Source of the DNA: Pelomyxa schiedti
Taxonomy: Eukaryota > Protista > Evosea
Assembly (NCBI GenBank): GCA_020536535.1
Contig: JAHLWZ010000693.1
Location: 1-64,000, forward strand
Direction: 5' to 3'
Length of the DNA: 64,000 nt
Every line of letters starts with the position of its first letter. The stretch's first letter is position 1. The position numbers were made by a program, and so were the translations under genes. The notes beneath the pieces were generated by a model. It ran no database searches. It had not been told where the DNA came from and saw only the letters and a program-made list of their open reading frames with translations. This document shows positions 50,531 to 62,157 of the stretch, one piece after another.

Positions 50531-51259
50531 ATACTTCGCTGGCTGAGATACAATATTACTACTAGTCGCTGGGATTTGGAGCTCTTATATTTCCGCCGTT
50601 GATTCGACTCTGTCTCTGCTCTCTAATATCAACCTCTCTTGGCGGAAACTGGAGTTGTTGTGCTTGTGATGGTGTGTGCTGTTTTGGCGTGTTCTCTCGT
50701 GCCGCTTAACTGATGGCTGGGAGGAAAACGCCACAGTGCACACTCACAAGGTCACACAATTCTGGTGGAAGTTGGGAGAGTCTAGATGTTGGAGTCTGCC
50801 AGGAATGTTGTTGTTTCCCGTGCCGCTTCACTGATGGCTGGGATAACAACAGCTTCTTGTGCAATGCAGGGAAGCAAGGCTGCTGTTTCTGGAGTCACTG
50901 CTGTGGTTGTTGTTGTATGCGTTCCCGTGCCGCTTAACTGATGGCTGGGAACGTTCTCGTGCCGCTTAACTGATGGCTGAGAGCAACTTCAACTGCAACC
51001 AGTGCACTCAATCTCGAGTCACTTCATCTGCTGGCTGTGGCATACTTCGCTGGCTGAGATACAATATTACTACTAGTCGCTGGGATTTGGAGCTCTTATA
51101 TTTCCGCCGTTGATTCGACTCTGTCTCTGCTCTCTAATATCAACCTCTCTTGGCGGAAACTGGAGTTGTTGTGCTTGTGATGGTGTGTGCTGTTTTGGCG
51201 TGTTCTCTCGTGCCGCTTAACTGATGGCTGGGAGGAAAACGCCACAGTGCACACTCACA
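50531..51259. repeat. 218-bp direct repeat (50531-50748 and 51042-51259) with five copies of a 25-bp motif
   Basis: The two copies read as identical by eye. CGTGCCGCTTAACTGATGGCTGGGA occurs at 50698, 50819 (1 mismatch), 50926, 50958 (1 mismatch) and 51209. Confidence 0.92.
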
Positions 51260-52313
51260 CGGTAGGTTACCGTGATTGAGATGTTGTTTCGGTTGCTTCC
51301 CATATGTATTCAGAACTCCGAGCGCCATTTGTTTGGTGGCCGCGAGACGAAATCCTCTTACACACGCCACACACGGTGTACCACGTTGTAACTGTTCGAC
51401 GTTTCAAAAGGTGATTTTTTCTTTCGACTTTTCTACAGGAAATTGGGAACTCTATTTTTTAGGACGGCGGTTAGTGCTTGTTCCGGGGTATGATCACTAA
51501 CTACGCTGCACCACGGCCTGTTGACTTTGTATGTGGAAGATCTGACGTGGGATCTCGCGACACACTACTTCGGCACACCCAAATCGGTGGCGGATTGGCG
51601 ACAAGGAGACGCAGAACAGAGCAATCACTACGCCTTCGTCCGATGCACGGCGTAGAAAATGTTGTTGTGGGCTCACCAGTTGTCGTTCTCGGTACCTTTT
51701 GCAACTACATCTACGCTTGTTTTGCATGGCATACCTGACAAACTCTCCTTTAGTATACGGTGACTTGCAAATTGTAAGTATGCTATATTAATTGTAACAG
51801 CAAGTCTCTTCCTCGCCGCACATAAACGCTTTTGAGTCGTGTTTTACAACTCTCCGTTCTAAGGTTTCCCTTACAGAATTGGACATGTTACTATGCCACC
51901 AAGCAAATTGCAAAGGAAAGGTAACCTCTCTCATTGTCATTGACCCGGCAATAAACCTCAACGGCTCAAGAGATTAAGAACCACATAACAAACACAATGG
52001 TGTTTTAACTCCTCTGGAGATGATACTTGCCACTCTCACAGTTCATTCGTATATCAAGCCACCAACAACTCCCTTAGTGATGGTAGGGAGAGAGGTTCCC
52101 TCCCAGTAGTTATATAACCCAGATCCTTTTGGCAGTCCTCCTTGTCACAATTCACAGTAGAACGGAAGGATAAGAGCGAGCCACTGGGTAGACCTGCCTG
52201 TCCCTGTGACAGTAATACCCACTTGAAAATAAAAAAAGAGATCCACCCAATTGTTATTTCTTTTCGAAGAGATGAAAACAAAGAGTTTTACATATACTGG
52301 GAGGGGTTTTTGG

Positions 52314-53738
52314 CTAGAGTGAAAGGAGATCTTGGTTGTTGTTGACGGACTCTGTGATGAGGTTTTTCAGGGCTTGTTCCAGTGTTCGTTTGATGAGACT
52401 CTTGAACATTGCTATGACAAGGTTGTAGATTACGCTATTGGGGATTAGCAGAGTGCGATTGGGAGGTGGGGCGGTACCTTACAGCAGTCCCAGATATCTT
52501 AATGTCTGGAAACAGGAAAAAAAAAATTAGAAGAGACCAAAATCTCCGCAACCAGTACCGAGCTTTGCTAATTGTACAGTACACTCGGAAACAATCACAC
52601 TGGGGCTACCATCTGGATTCATCCCCAGATCAATTACACACCTAATCTAAGTAAAGAATGAGCTTAAGCACAGGAGGGAAAAGGGATGCAGTCACTCACT
52701 GTGCCGTTGGCAACACGGCATTCAGCATTACCTTTATCCTGAGTGGACGTTAATGGTCTCATAAAGACGGAATGGATACCTTTATTTTGGGGAAGGAATC
52801 CTTCTTATAAAACCAACTGAATTTTCGAAGCTTGGCAGAAACATCAGATCTAGGACATCACTTGGTGTTTAAACGATTTTGGTTATCTCACGTACGCGGA
52901 GACAATTATCCGTTTTCCCTCCATCACAACGTTAACTTTTTCTTCAGGTATCTGGGCATCTTCCATCTGTAAGCCATGTATGCCAAATTCTACATGTCCC
53001 ACCTTGGGAAGATCTGACCAGACGTTAAAACCAGTGTTACTGGAGCGTGACATACCAGCGGCTTCATCTATATCAGGAACTTGTACTTGTTTAACTTGGT
53101 CCAGCATTATTGGCAACATGCCCTTCTTTACAAGTTTTACAAGTTGGTCAAGTTGAGAGGAATCGAGTTTAGTGAGATCAAACTCAGGCAATTCGACAGC
53201 AGGGGCCGCTTAAACAGAATCCTCAGGAAAGAGAAATGATGGAACTAAAGCCCTACCTCGAGGTGGAGGTGTGTAGGCATATCTTTGTGCCATAGCTTCT
53301 GCCAGATGAGAGTCTTCATCCTCCCATGCGGATTGCAGCCTCCTAGGCAGATTTTAGTGTTATGTTCCGTAGTTAGCGCCGACGCGAAAACGTGCACCTT
53401 GCCACATCCTCGTCCGATTCAGGCGTAGCCTCTCTGAATTGCATTTGCATAGCAACATCCAGCATAGAGTCAAGCTGCAGCAGAACCTCGGCGGCTGCGA
53501 AAATCCCGTTTGAGCACGTTTGAGCACAGACAAATTGGGAAAACAGCAATTTCCCCAACCCAGTGCACTGGTGGCGCGAGGATTAACAACAACCTTTGTC
53601 CAAGTTGCCATCACATTCGTTCCACAACGTGGTCAGAACAGAAGCAGGCATTTGTTGGTCCGGCCCAAGCATCGACGACAGTAAGTCCACCGCCTCATCC
53701 GGTGTCGAAGATCCGGTGCTGCTCGTTGTTGTTGACAT
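52314..53738 (-). CDS. CUE-like domain + BPI/TULIP-like (HAM1 C-terminal-like) protein
   Basis: N-terminal AVDLLSSMLG...VLTTLWNECDGNLD (CUE-like); DEDSHLAEAM (UIM-like); C-terminal VQVPDIDE, VEFGIHGLQM, FSWFYKKDSFPKIK, YNLVIAMFKSLIKRTLEQAL. Confidence 0.6.
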
Positions 53739-53920
53739 GCACGCTGCGTATCCAATCGGTTTGTTTTGTTTTTTGAACTGAAAACGAGCAACAAGTTCAA
53801 ACACACAGCCGTTTTTTTTTCCTTTTTTTTTTTTTGAACTGTGTGTGACATGCAACGTGGCACGAGGCAATTTAATTGTTGGTGCCCGTCGCCGTCGAGG
53901 CCGGGTTGCACAAGCAACAC

Positions 53921-56017
53921 CTAAGATGGTATGATGAGGAAGGTATTAAATGCGGGGTGCTGGAATACATTGGTCCAAATCTGGCACTGCAAGAGTTGCA
54001 GATGTAGTGACCACAGGGATGGAGCACCACCAGCCCGGGGTTGTGGCATGCAGTGCACTGAGGATAAAAGGTGAGTGGACAAGGGCAAATAACAATTGCA
54101 AAAGGGGGGGGGGGGGGGGGGGAAGTGGGACAACCTGTGCCATAGGGTACACATCGGTACCGGGAAAACCGTGGGTTCCTTGGTACTGTGGTTGGTAAGG
54201 CTATTTTTTTGTGTTAAAGCACCGAATCAAAGTAGAGAAGGCCAACCTTCCCGAAGTTGACTTTGAAAGTTTTACCACCAATTGTTTTCCCTTGAAGTCC
54301 TTGGACTGCATCAGCCGCCTCTTTTTCAGTTAAGTAATTGATGAAGCAGCATCTAGAAAACAAAATTAGAATGCAGAAATTTGCTTGCGGGGTATACTTT
54401 TTGGTAGCAATGAACTTCAAAGATTCGATTTGCCCAAATTGACTAGCCAAAGGAGTGATTTCCTCCTCAGACGTAACCGCCAAGTCACCAATCCAAACCG
54501 CGCGGCTTGGGGGGTTAGATACAGAAGAGGTACGTGCTCCTGAGGGATCCATCATGAGCCCAGTTGGATTTGCGGTACTCTGTGCAAACTATGTTAGGTC
54601 AATTTACTTTCATTAAGGGTATTCATTCAACCATTCTCGGTTTTCGGAAATGAACGGATAATTTCCGCTCATGGAAATCCATATCGTTGCGCTTTAACCT
54701 CGCTTTGTCAGCTTGTTCAACTGTGTCCAGTGTTACAAAGGCACAACACCTAAAGTGGGTTATTGTGAAACGTGTGGAAAAGGCACACTTTTCCGCCTTG
54801 ACGATAACAGAGACATTGTCACAAAATTCAAGGAACAATTCCTTGATATCATTTGGGGTCACATTTTCAGCAATATTTCCCACCCACAGTTCGTTAGATG
54901 GTGTTTCTTGCTCGGGCTGAACAAACGAGTCAGAACTTCTTGGCATATGAATAAACACACTATTTTCTGGAGGAAAGATCCCAAGCATAGTGGTTTGGGG
55001 CCTGAATGCCTGGTGTTCTTTGTACCGTGACCACCTTGTTGATCATCTCCATGCTGTTTATGTGTAGGTGGGTGTTGCAGCATCTGGACTTCCGGGCGCT
55101 TGCTTCTTCCTTTCCCGTGCTTGTTTTTACTTTCAGCCAGAGATGGAAAGTTCGCGTCACCTGTTGGGAGAGGAGGTTCCTCCTGAGGAAACCTGTTGGT
55201 TGATCACTTCTCAAGGGACATTAAGTTATGAGCTTCTTACCCAGTAGGTTGTGCAACTGGTAACTTTTCTGTTTGGTCAGAGGTGATCTCTGAAGTTCTT
55301 CGATAAACTTGAGGAACAGTAAATTTCTGAATTTGAGGGCCTGGGTGGGACTGTTGGTGAGACCGATGAATTACTTGTTGTGGCATTTGGCCTTGTTGGT
55401 TGTTAAACTGTTGTGTGTCTTGTTGTTCTTGTGGAAATTTCCTGTACGGCCTATTTTGATAGGTAGGTGCCTGGATGAAGTCAATTACTTTAATGTAGAC
55501 AGAGTTCGGAACTTACATTGTAACCATATTGCAAATATGGTGGTACAACTGGATAGGGGTAAATGTAAGGTGACGAGGCCCACTCAGCTGGTGTCGTCGG
55601 GTAGACGGCTCGTGCCGCACCAGTGTTCTGAGGGGTCGAAACCAAGCCACTAGAAGTGGTGGTTGTTGTCTCTTGTGTGTGGGAGTTGGTTGTGGGAGTG
55701 GTAGTTTCAACCTTTGGCGGTGTGGAAAGTGGAGCAGAGGGTGTTATGAGGGAAGATAGTGACGAAGAAGGGGTTCCCATCGGATTTGGAATAGGGTAGA
55801 AAACTCCCTTCGAGTAAAATCCGGGTGGTGGGACAATAGGTGGAAATTGAGGAAAAGCTGTCATATAAGGTGCTTCTTGGTATCGTTGTTGTGGGTGAAA
55901 ATTGCCCCCTGTACGAGGCTGTGCATGGCATAAGGCACTGAAAAATGAACGGGGGAAAAAGAGAAAAAAAAGAACCGGTACCTGTGCTTCTTCTTGCTGC
56001 GGATATTCTCCGTACAT
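53921..56017 (-). CDS. RNA-binding protein with two RRMs
   Basis: RNP2/RNP1 pairs LWVGNI/CAFVTL and VWIGDL/CCFINY; Pro/Tyr-rich N-terminus. Confidence 0.85.
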
Positions 56018-56280
56018 TTTTGACGTGATGTGGGTGAAGGGAGGGGGAGAAACAAAACAAGAAAGATCTGGGCCCTTTGTTGCTACCGCCAACACGACGG
56101 CGGCACTACGACGATGAAAATAATTTGTTGTTATGATCTTCGCGGCCCGAAAAAAATTATTTCCCTTTGACACCCTCGGTCCGGGCAGGCAATTGCGTTA
56201 AGAAATAGAACCAGAACAACAAAAAAAAAAGTACGGGTCCAAAGAAAAGTGGCGTGCAGGGCATGATCATTTCATGAGGT

Positions 56281-57419
56281 TCAGGTATTTTTGAGGCACT
56301 CCTTAATGAATGACAGCAGAGTTCTACGTGGACCAAGTTTGGTGATACCGAGTTCATTTTTGAGGTCATCATCGGAAAGTTCAAGCAGTGCAACCCCTGT
56401 GATTTCATTTTCCTCAAATGCTTTGCTGTGGGCTCCCAGTCCGATTTGTTCCAAGAGAACTGTTACTTCCTTCACAGTGAAAAGTTTCACCTGATGAACA
56501 GTAAAGTTTGCAAACGGGGAGGCAGTTGAAGGTGCAGTTGTAACAGAGAGAGCTGCCAGTGGACCTGATGCTGATGTTGGGGGTGCTGTTGGTGATGTGC
56601 TTTGACGCCCAGCCCATAATTCAGTCTCGGCAATGCCGGAAATTGTTACTTCAGACTGCTCTAGTGCATGTGCCCTTTTAATGAGTCTTGTACCTTCTGT
56701 TGTGTTGCCACCACGACCCAGTGCAATCCCTTTCATACATAGCAGAGTAGCATCTTCACTTGAACGCGAGGTAATTACTGTGTTATAGCATTCCACTGCT
56801 TCTGCAAAGCGATTGCAAAACAGTAGTGCCCCAGCTTTGAATTCCACAGATAGCATATCGTTTGGGTTCAATTCCAGAGCTCTGTTGTACCACTCAATCG
56901 ATTCCGAGTATCTAGACATGTCACACAGAGCATGTGCTTTGTTTGAAAATGTAATAGCGCTATTTGGCATTACTGCAAGAGAATGATTGAAGCAATCTAG
57001 GGCCTCTGCAGGCCGTCCCTCTTTACGTAGAGCATTCCCTTTGTTGTTGAGCACAGCAGGATCACCTGGAGCCATTATCAGCACCTGGTCACACAGCCCA
57101 ACACATTCAGTAAATTTATTTGCCAGACTCAATGCCACTATCTTATTCCTTAAGGTGCCAATATCGCCGGGTCTCAATTCCAAAGCTCTGTATTTTTTTT
57201 GGTGAAGGAGGAGAGAAAAAAGAAGACGGACCTGTCGTACCACGCCAGGGCGTCGTCGTGCCTGCCGAGGTCAGTCAGTAAAAGGGCCTTGCAGTGACAC
57301 ATGGAAGCATCATTGGGGCTCCTCGTCAGTGTCTGGTCGACAATCCCAATCGCCTCGGTGTAATGTCGACGCCTCCTGAGCTCTTTGACCCTCCCTTTTA
57401 TTGGACCCGGGCCGGCCAT
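56281..57419 (-). CDS. TPR-repeat protein with C-terminal SAM domain
   Basis: TPRs (NNKGNAL...EALDCFNHSL, SNKAHAL...WYNRALELNP); SAM EVTVLLEQIGL...FEENEITGVALLEL...LGITKLGPR. Confidence 0.9.
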
Positions 57420-57457
57420 CTAGATCCAAATTGGTGAACAGAGAAGTAGCGTGCGGG

Positions 57458-59944
57458 ATGGTGGGTGACGACGAAGACGCGGCGGTGCCGGGCACAGAGG
57501 TTTCGAGATCAACAACTGCAACGACAACCACATCGACTACTGCTGCATCGACGCCGACACGAACGTTGGTCCCCCTAGTGTCGCCGAGGCGCGCCTCTAG
57601 GCGTCGAGGACTTGGCACTGCAGCGCCGACATCGCCCACCGCCGCGGGAGGCAGGCGGCGCAGAAAGCGGTGGCGAAATCCCGGGTGGTGCAGCAGCGAT
57701 CGCGGGACACCGGCGTCCCCAGGGGGCCTTGAGGTCTCACCCAATCGCGAGCATGATGTCATGAACGGGGGCGACGAGTCACTTCTTACGGTAACCCCAA
57801 GGAGCAAAAATGCCCAGGGCAGTTCACCTACAAAAAGTCCAAGTGCAGCACCACTCCTGGGCTGTGGCTCTCCAGCCTGCACCACCCAAATTGCATCCGG
57901 GACTCCACCCAAGCGTGCTCGTACAACCCCAAGAACATCTCCAGTGAAAATGGAAGCAGAGCAGAAACCACCTCCTAGCTCTATGGACTTGGTTAGCTAC
58001 CTTCTGGAGGAGATCGCAAGCCTGAAAAATGAAAATCGTGAGCTTAACCAAAAGATGTTGACTATCACATCAAATCACCAGAAGGAGATTTTTGCATTGA
58101 TGCTAAAACAACGCGTATGCAAAATCACTCTATGCCATCGTAAGAGACTCTTAGAGCGAGAGTGACACAAATCGGCGAAAACTCAGTCTTGCAGACCATC
58201 ACCTGGATAGACTCACAGAAAAAGTTACTGACAGGCATTTGGGCGCCAAAGTACTTCAAAATAAAGTAGATGTCTCAGGGTTTATCCCAGAAGTGGAGAG
58301 AAAAAAAAAGACTGAATTCATGAAATGGATGGACAATGTACTCTGGAGACGGATATATCGCAGTATTCAACTTTTTGCTGCCTGTACTCACTTTAACAAC
58401 CGCAAGATGCAAATAAAGAGAAAAGAGTTGTCCAGCCCACCTTTGGGCTATTGTTGCGATGTCAGCCCCAGGACACCTCGTGGACTTTGATAGACACACA
58501 CCGGCTAGTCCTTGCCAGTGAACCTTCGTCAATTTAACCATAAATTAGTTCTGGAATCGCCTCAGGTAGTATAATTCCCGATCTCGCAGCTTGCAAACAA
58601 GATGGGACCATATGCCAGTTTCAAGATATCGGATTCATTTTGGAATTGAAAAGTCATCCCATGAATAAAAAGTCTGCACTTGGGCAAGTAGCCAGATATT
58701 GCCAAACAATTTTGAAACGATCCTTCCTGTGGAGAACAGAGGTACACATTAGGGAGGAGGTCAATGGTTCTAACCCCTTTGTGAAGTTCATTGGCATTGT
58801 CACTGACTTCGTAACCACGTTGGGAGTGAAAACTAAATACCCTCCAATGAGTAGTAGAATCGAAGTTGAGGTTTGTTGGTTTCTACCCCCAGAACTGTGC
58901 TGACCAATACAGTTTACTGAATTCAAAAGCTTTCCTTGTGCTCTCTGCTCGTTGCTTTATTCCACAACTGAGACTACAGGCTGGGTGGCCAAAGTAATGG
59001 TCCCTAAGTCCATCCAAAACCCAAAAAAGTTTCTTGGCTATGGTGCAACTGGATTTGTATTTCGAGGTTCCCCTTAAACAACAAAAATTAAGTCTCAACT
59101 TCCGGCATCTAGATAAAGAAAAAACTTGGAAATTTGCATCAAAACCTGAAGCAAAGGCAGAGATACAACATGAATATAAAATTCTCGAGAGAATGAATGT
59201 ACCTCTTGTGACACTCTTTATGGATTACCCATTCGTAATTAAGGCTAAAAACGTACCCAACATTCCCAGTGTCATTGAACGTGAAGAATATGGATTTGCC
59301 ATGTCTGAACAGGGTTATCCTGTGGAAAACACAGATTCATTGTGTTCTCTGTTTGAAGATTACACCAAAGCTTTGGTTGAGGCATCAAGGTGTGACATAG
59401 TTCACAGAGACATTCGACCTCAGAATGTACTTGCTGTACAACTAGCTCATCCACATAATACCTCAGGCTAATATATATTATTACTTAAAAAAAACAGCTT
59501 CTGGTCTGTAATGGTGGTGGACTAGTCATTGACTGGGGCTTTGCCTGCACCACAAAGAAAATGATACACTATGAGGGTACCGTACGGTTCGCTTCCAAGC
59601 GTGTGTGGACTCTCCTTACCCATGCGCAATCAAGAGGAGAGCAAAACCCCAAGGTAAAGTGCACATTGGCTGACGACTTGGAATCACTTGTGAAATCTAT
59701 GGCCGCATTGTCCAGCAAGTCCCTGTTGGAGTGTATCATGCAGGACCGTACAGACACATACCTTGAGTCACACAAGTGTTGGGACTATCTGTTTTCTCAC
59801 TACCCACAGTGGAACCGGCTGCTTGGAGCTGCACAGCGAATGGATATCAAAGCCATGGTGACTGCTTTCTCTCTTCTTTTCCTGGACAGTCCAGATTGGA
59901 AGGATATTGCCTCAAAGGGCACCTCACAACTACATGACACTTAG
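57458..59944 (+). CDS. Crinkler/FunK1-like protein: disordered N-terminus, REase-like domain, protein kinase
   Basis: IPDL...FILELK...ALGQVARYC...GIVTDF; kinase FLGYGATG, VHRDIRPQN, VIDWGFA, YEGTVRFAS, DDLESLV. Confidence 0.78.
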
Positions 59945-60009
59945 AACAACAAAAAAAAAAACAGTTTTTCCTTTGTCTTTTCCTTTTAAGCGATAAACAG
60001 CGAACCGAG

Positions 60010-62073
60010 ATGCCCACCATCGTGATCGTCGACAACTCGGCACAACTTGCTGCGCCGGTCGACACGCCCCTGCACAGCAACAACAACGCCGGTTATGCTG
60101 CGGCGACGTCGACGTCGTCGTACAAGCGCAGAGACGCGATACAGAGGGGGGCCCTGCACTTACTGGGGCTGCTGCAGTCCCTCGTGCCCGCCGAGCACAC
60201 GTGCCTCTTGTCCTGCGGGGGTGAGTCGGATTATGGGACAGCGGCGCCGCCTGCAAGTACTGCAGCTACGACTGCGACCTCCGCTTCGTCGGAGTCGTCG
60301 TCCCATAATCCGTTGCTTGTGGAGATGGGCACAGAATTTGGGATTATGAAAAATGCACTGTTTATGCTGCCAGAGCCCGATCTGGTCGATTCGTCAATGT
60401 CAAGCGATGGCCGGTCCTCGTCCGTAGTTTCGCTGGCTGATTCCCTGAGAATGTAAGCGCAGCTGTTTGAGCACCAGCTCAAATTTTGTTTTTTGTCATT
60501 TTGCCATTGTCACTTGTGCCGAAAACTGCAACTGCGAATTTATTATTGTGGGGATTCTAGTTGTTCATTTTTTCAGTAAAATGCTGCACTGTGTTGGGGA
60601 TGAGAAATGATAACCAGACAAAAAGAGCTGTGGAGCATGTGACGAGGAAATGTACTAGGGCTGAACGAACTGCATGCCAGTGTATTGTGGTATGTGGAAG
60701 CTCCCTTGGAATCACAGAGAAGGATCCTTTGCCAATTTTACAGGCGGCACCTTTCCCGATTCGAGTCCATGTTGTAGTTTTAGGCTTCCAGTGTGTCAAC
60801 TGCCTACTTTGCCCACGAAATCCTCTCATTTCATTTAAGAGACGAATTACCGTTTGACAAATTAGAACACTTAGTCACCGTAACTGGTGGCGAGATGCAC
60901 ATTGCATACCTACCTCACCAGGCAAATTTATTCATGGTACTCAATATAGAAAATGAATTTCACTTACTGAATATACTACAGCACTTATTCACCCGTCTTG
61001 TTGATACACATCACGCACCTTACTCTGGCACACTTGTTCTAGGTCATCTCGAAGCACCCATAAGCTTGCATCCCAATCCTTTGTCATCGTTGTTTAATCT
61101 TATCATTACAAATAATTCTCTGCCTCCAACAGTGTGTTCATTAAATTCTTTTCTTCTCATTTAACCTTCATCAGTTTCCTACCATTTTGAGTATAATAGG
61201 ATTCATCCTCAACAAAACACTTCCTTCCCCTGCCAATATCAGTCAACATGTAATCATACCTCAGAATGAGTCTTCACTTTGTCCAATGTTAAATCACTGC
61301 TTGTACCTTGAGCACGTTTGTTTGTAACCACTTCTTTCCATATTTAATAATGCACAAAGTGAATTCGCGAATTAAAAACCCCATAGCGACCTATCTAACA
61401 CAAATAAAGCTGCTGTAGTATTACTTGCTGCTAATTGGAGAGGATTGATTTCCAGTATGAAAAACCCAAATGGAAAAGATGAAGATTCCAGCATCCTTGT
61501 TCTCTCCCTTCTTCCACCGGGTACACCACTTGTCTTGACACCATAGAATACCAACCTTTTGTTTTAGGTGCAACACACCCAACCGTTGGCCCGCTGTCAT
61601 GCCTGATCAGTGTTGGGTCTATTCAAGGAGCCACTCTACTTAGCACCCCGCCAAACCCCCACAAGCCTGCACATCAACCATCCTATGCTCTGATTTCTTC
61701 CATGCTGCAGCCTCCACCCAGTGCCACACAAATCTCCTCCAAAAACTCCAAAGTGAACCCATCCGCGTTGTTGCCTCCAGTATACTCAGTGGAGCCAGAG
61801 GCCCTGGCGGCCCTTGAATGGAGACTGAGCCGCTGCTGCGCTGTTACTCCTGATCAATTACCAGCCGAATGTGAGAAGGTAAAACAACTCGCACAGGCCA
61901 TGGCCTGCCCTGGTGTCATACAATTTGCATCCAAGGTAAGCCCCCTCATCTTTTCATCCACTAACAATACAATACAGGTACTGATGGACAACTTCAGCCA
62001 CGCACCAGAACTCGCAAGACCTCTCATAAATGAGTGCCTCCGTAACCTTGACGGCACAGACCTCAGTTCCTAG
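60010..62073 (+). CDS. INTS14: Integrator complex subunit 14 (VWA9)
   Basis: MPTIVIVDNS...YKRRD...GALHLL, CQCIVVCGSSLG, FPIRVHVV and LFTRLVDTHHAPYSGTLVLGHL parallel animal INTS14. Confidence 0.82.
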
Positions 62074-62157
62074 ACAAATACTACGCACCCAAGCATAGAC
62101 CTTCCCAAATACCTAGTAATGTTTGTTTGATTTGAAGTTCTATTTTCTTTCAGTGGA

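Noticed and set aside
50698-51233. 25-bp repeats as a CRISPR array
   Set aside because: Spacers are highly irregular (96, 82, 7 and 226 bp), there are no cas genes, and the context is eukaryotic.
50527-51265. Definite LTR/TRIM element
   Set aside because: The shared repeat does not start cleanly with TG, and no clear target-site duplication, PBS or PPT was seen; kept only as an alternative explanation.
54104-54122. Poly-G tract as a functional G-quadruplex or poly-Pro segment
   Set aside because: It probably lies in an intron of the RRM gene, and homopolymer length is unreliable.
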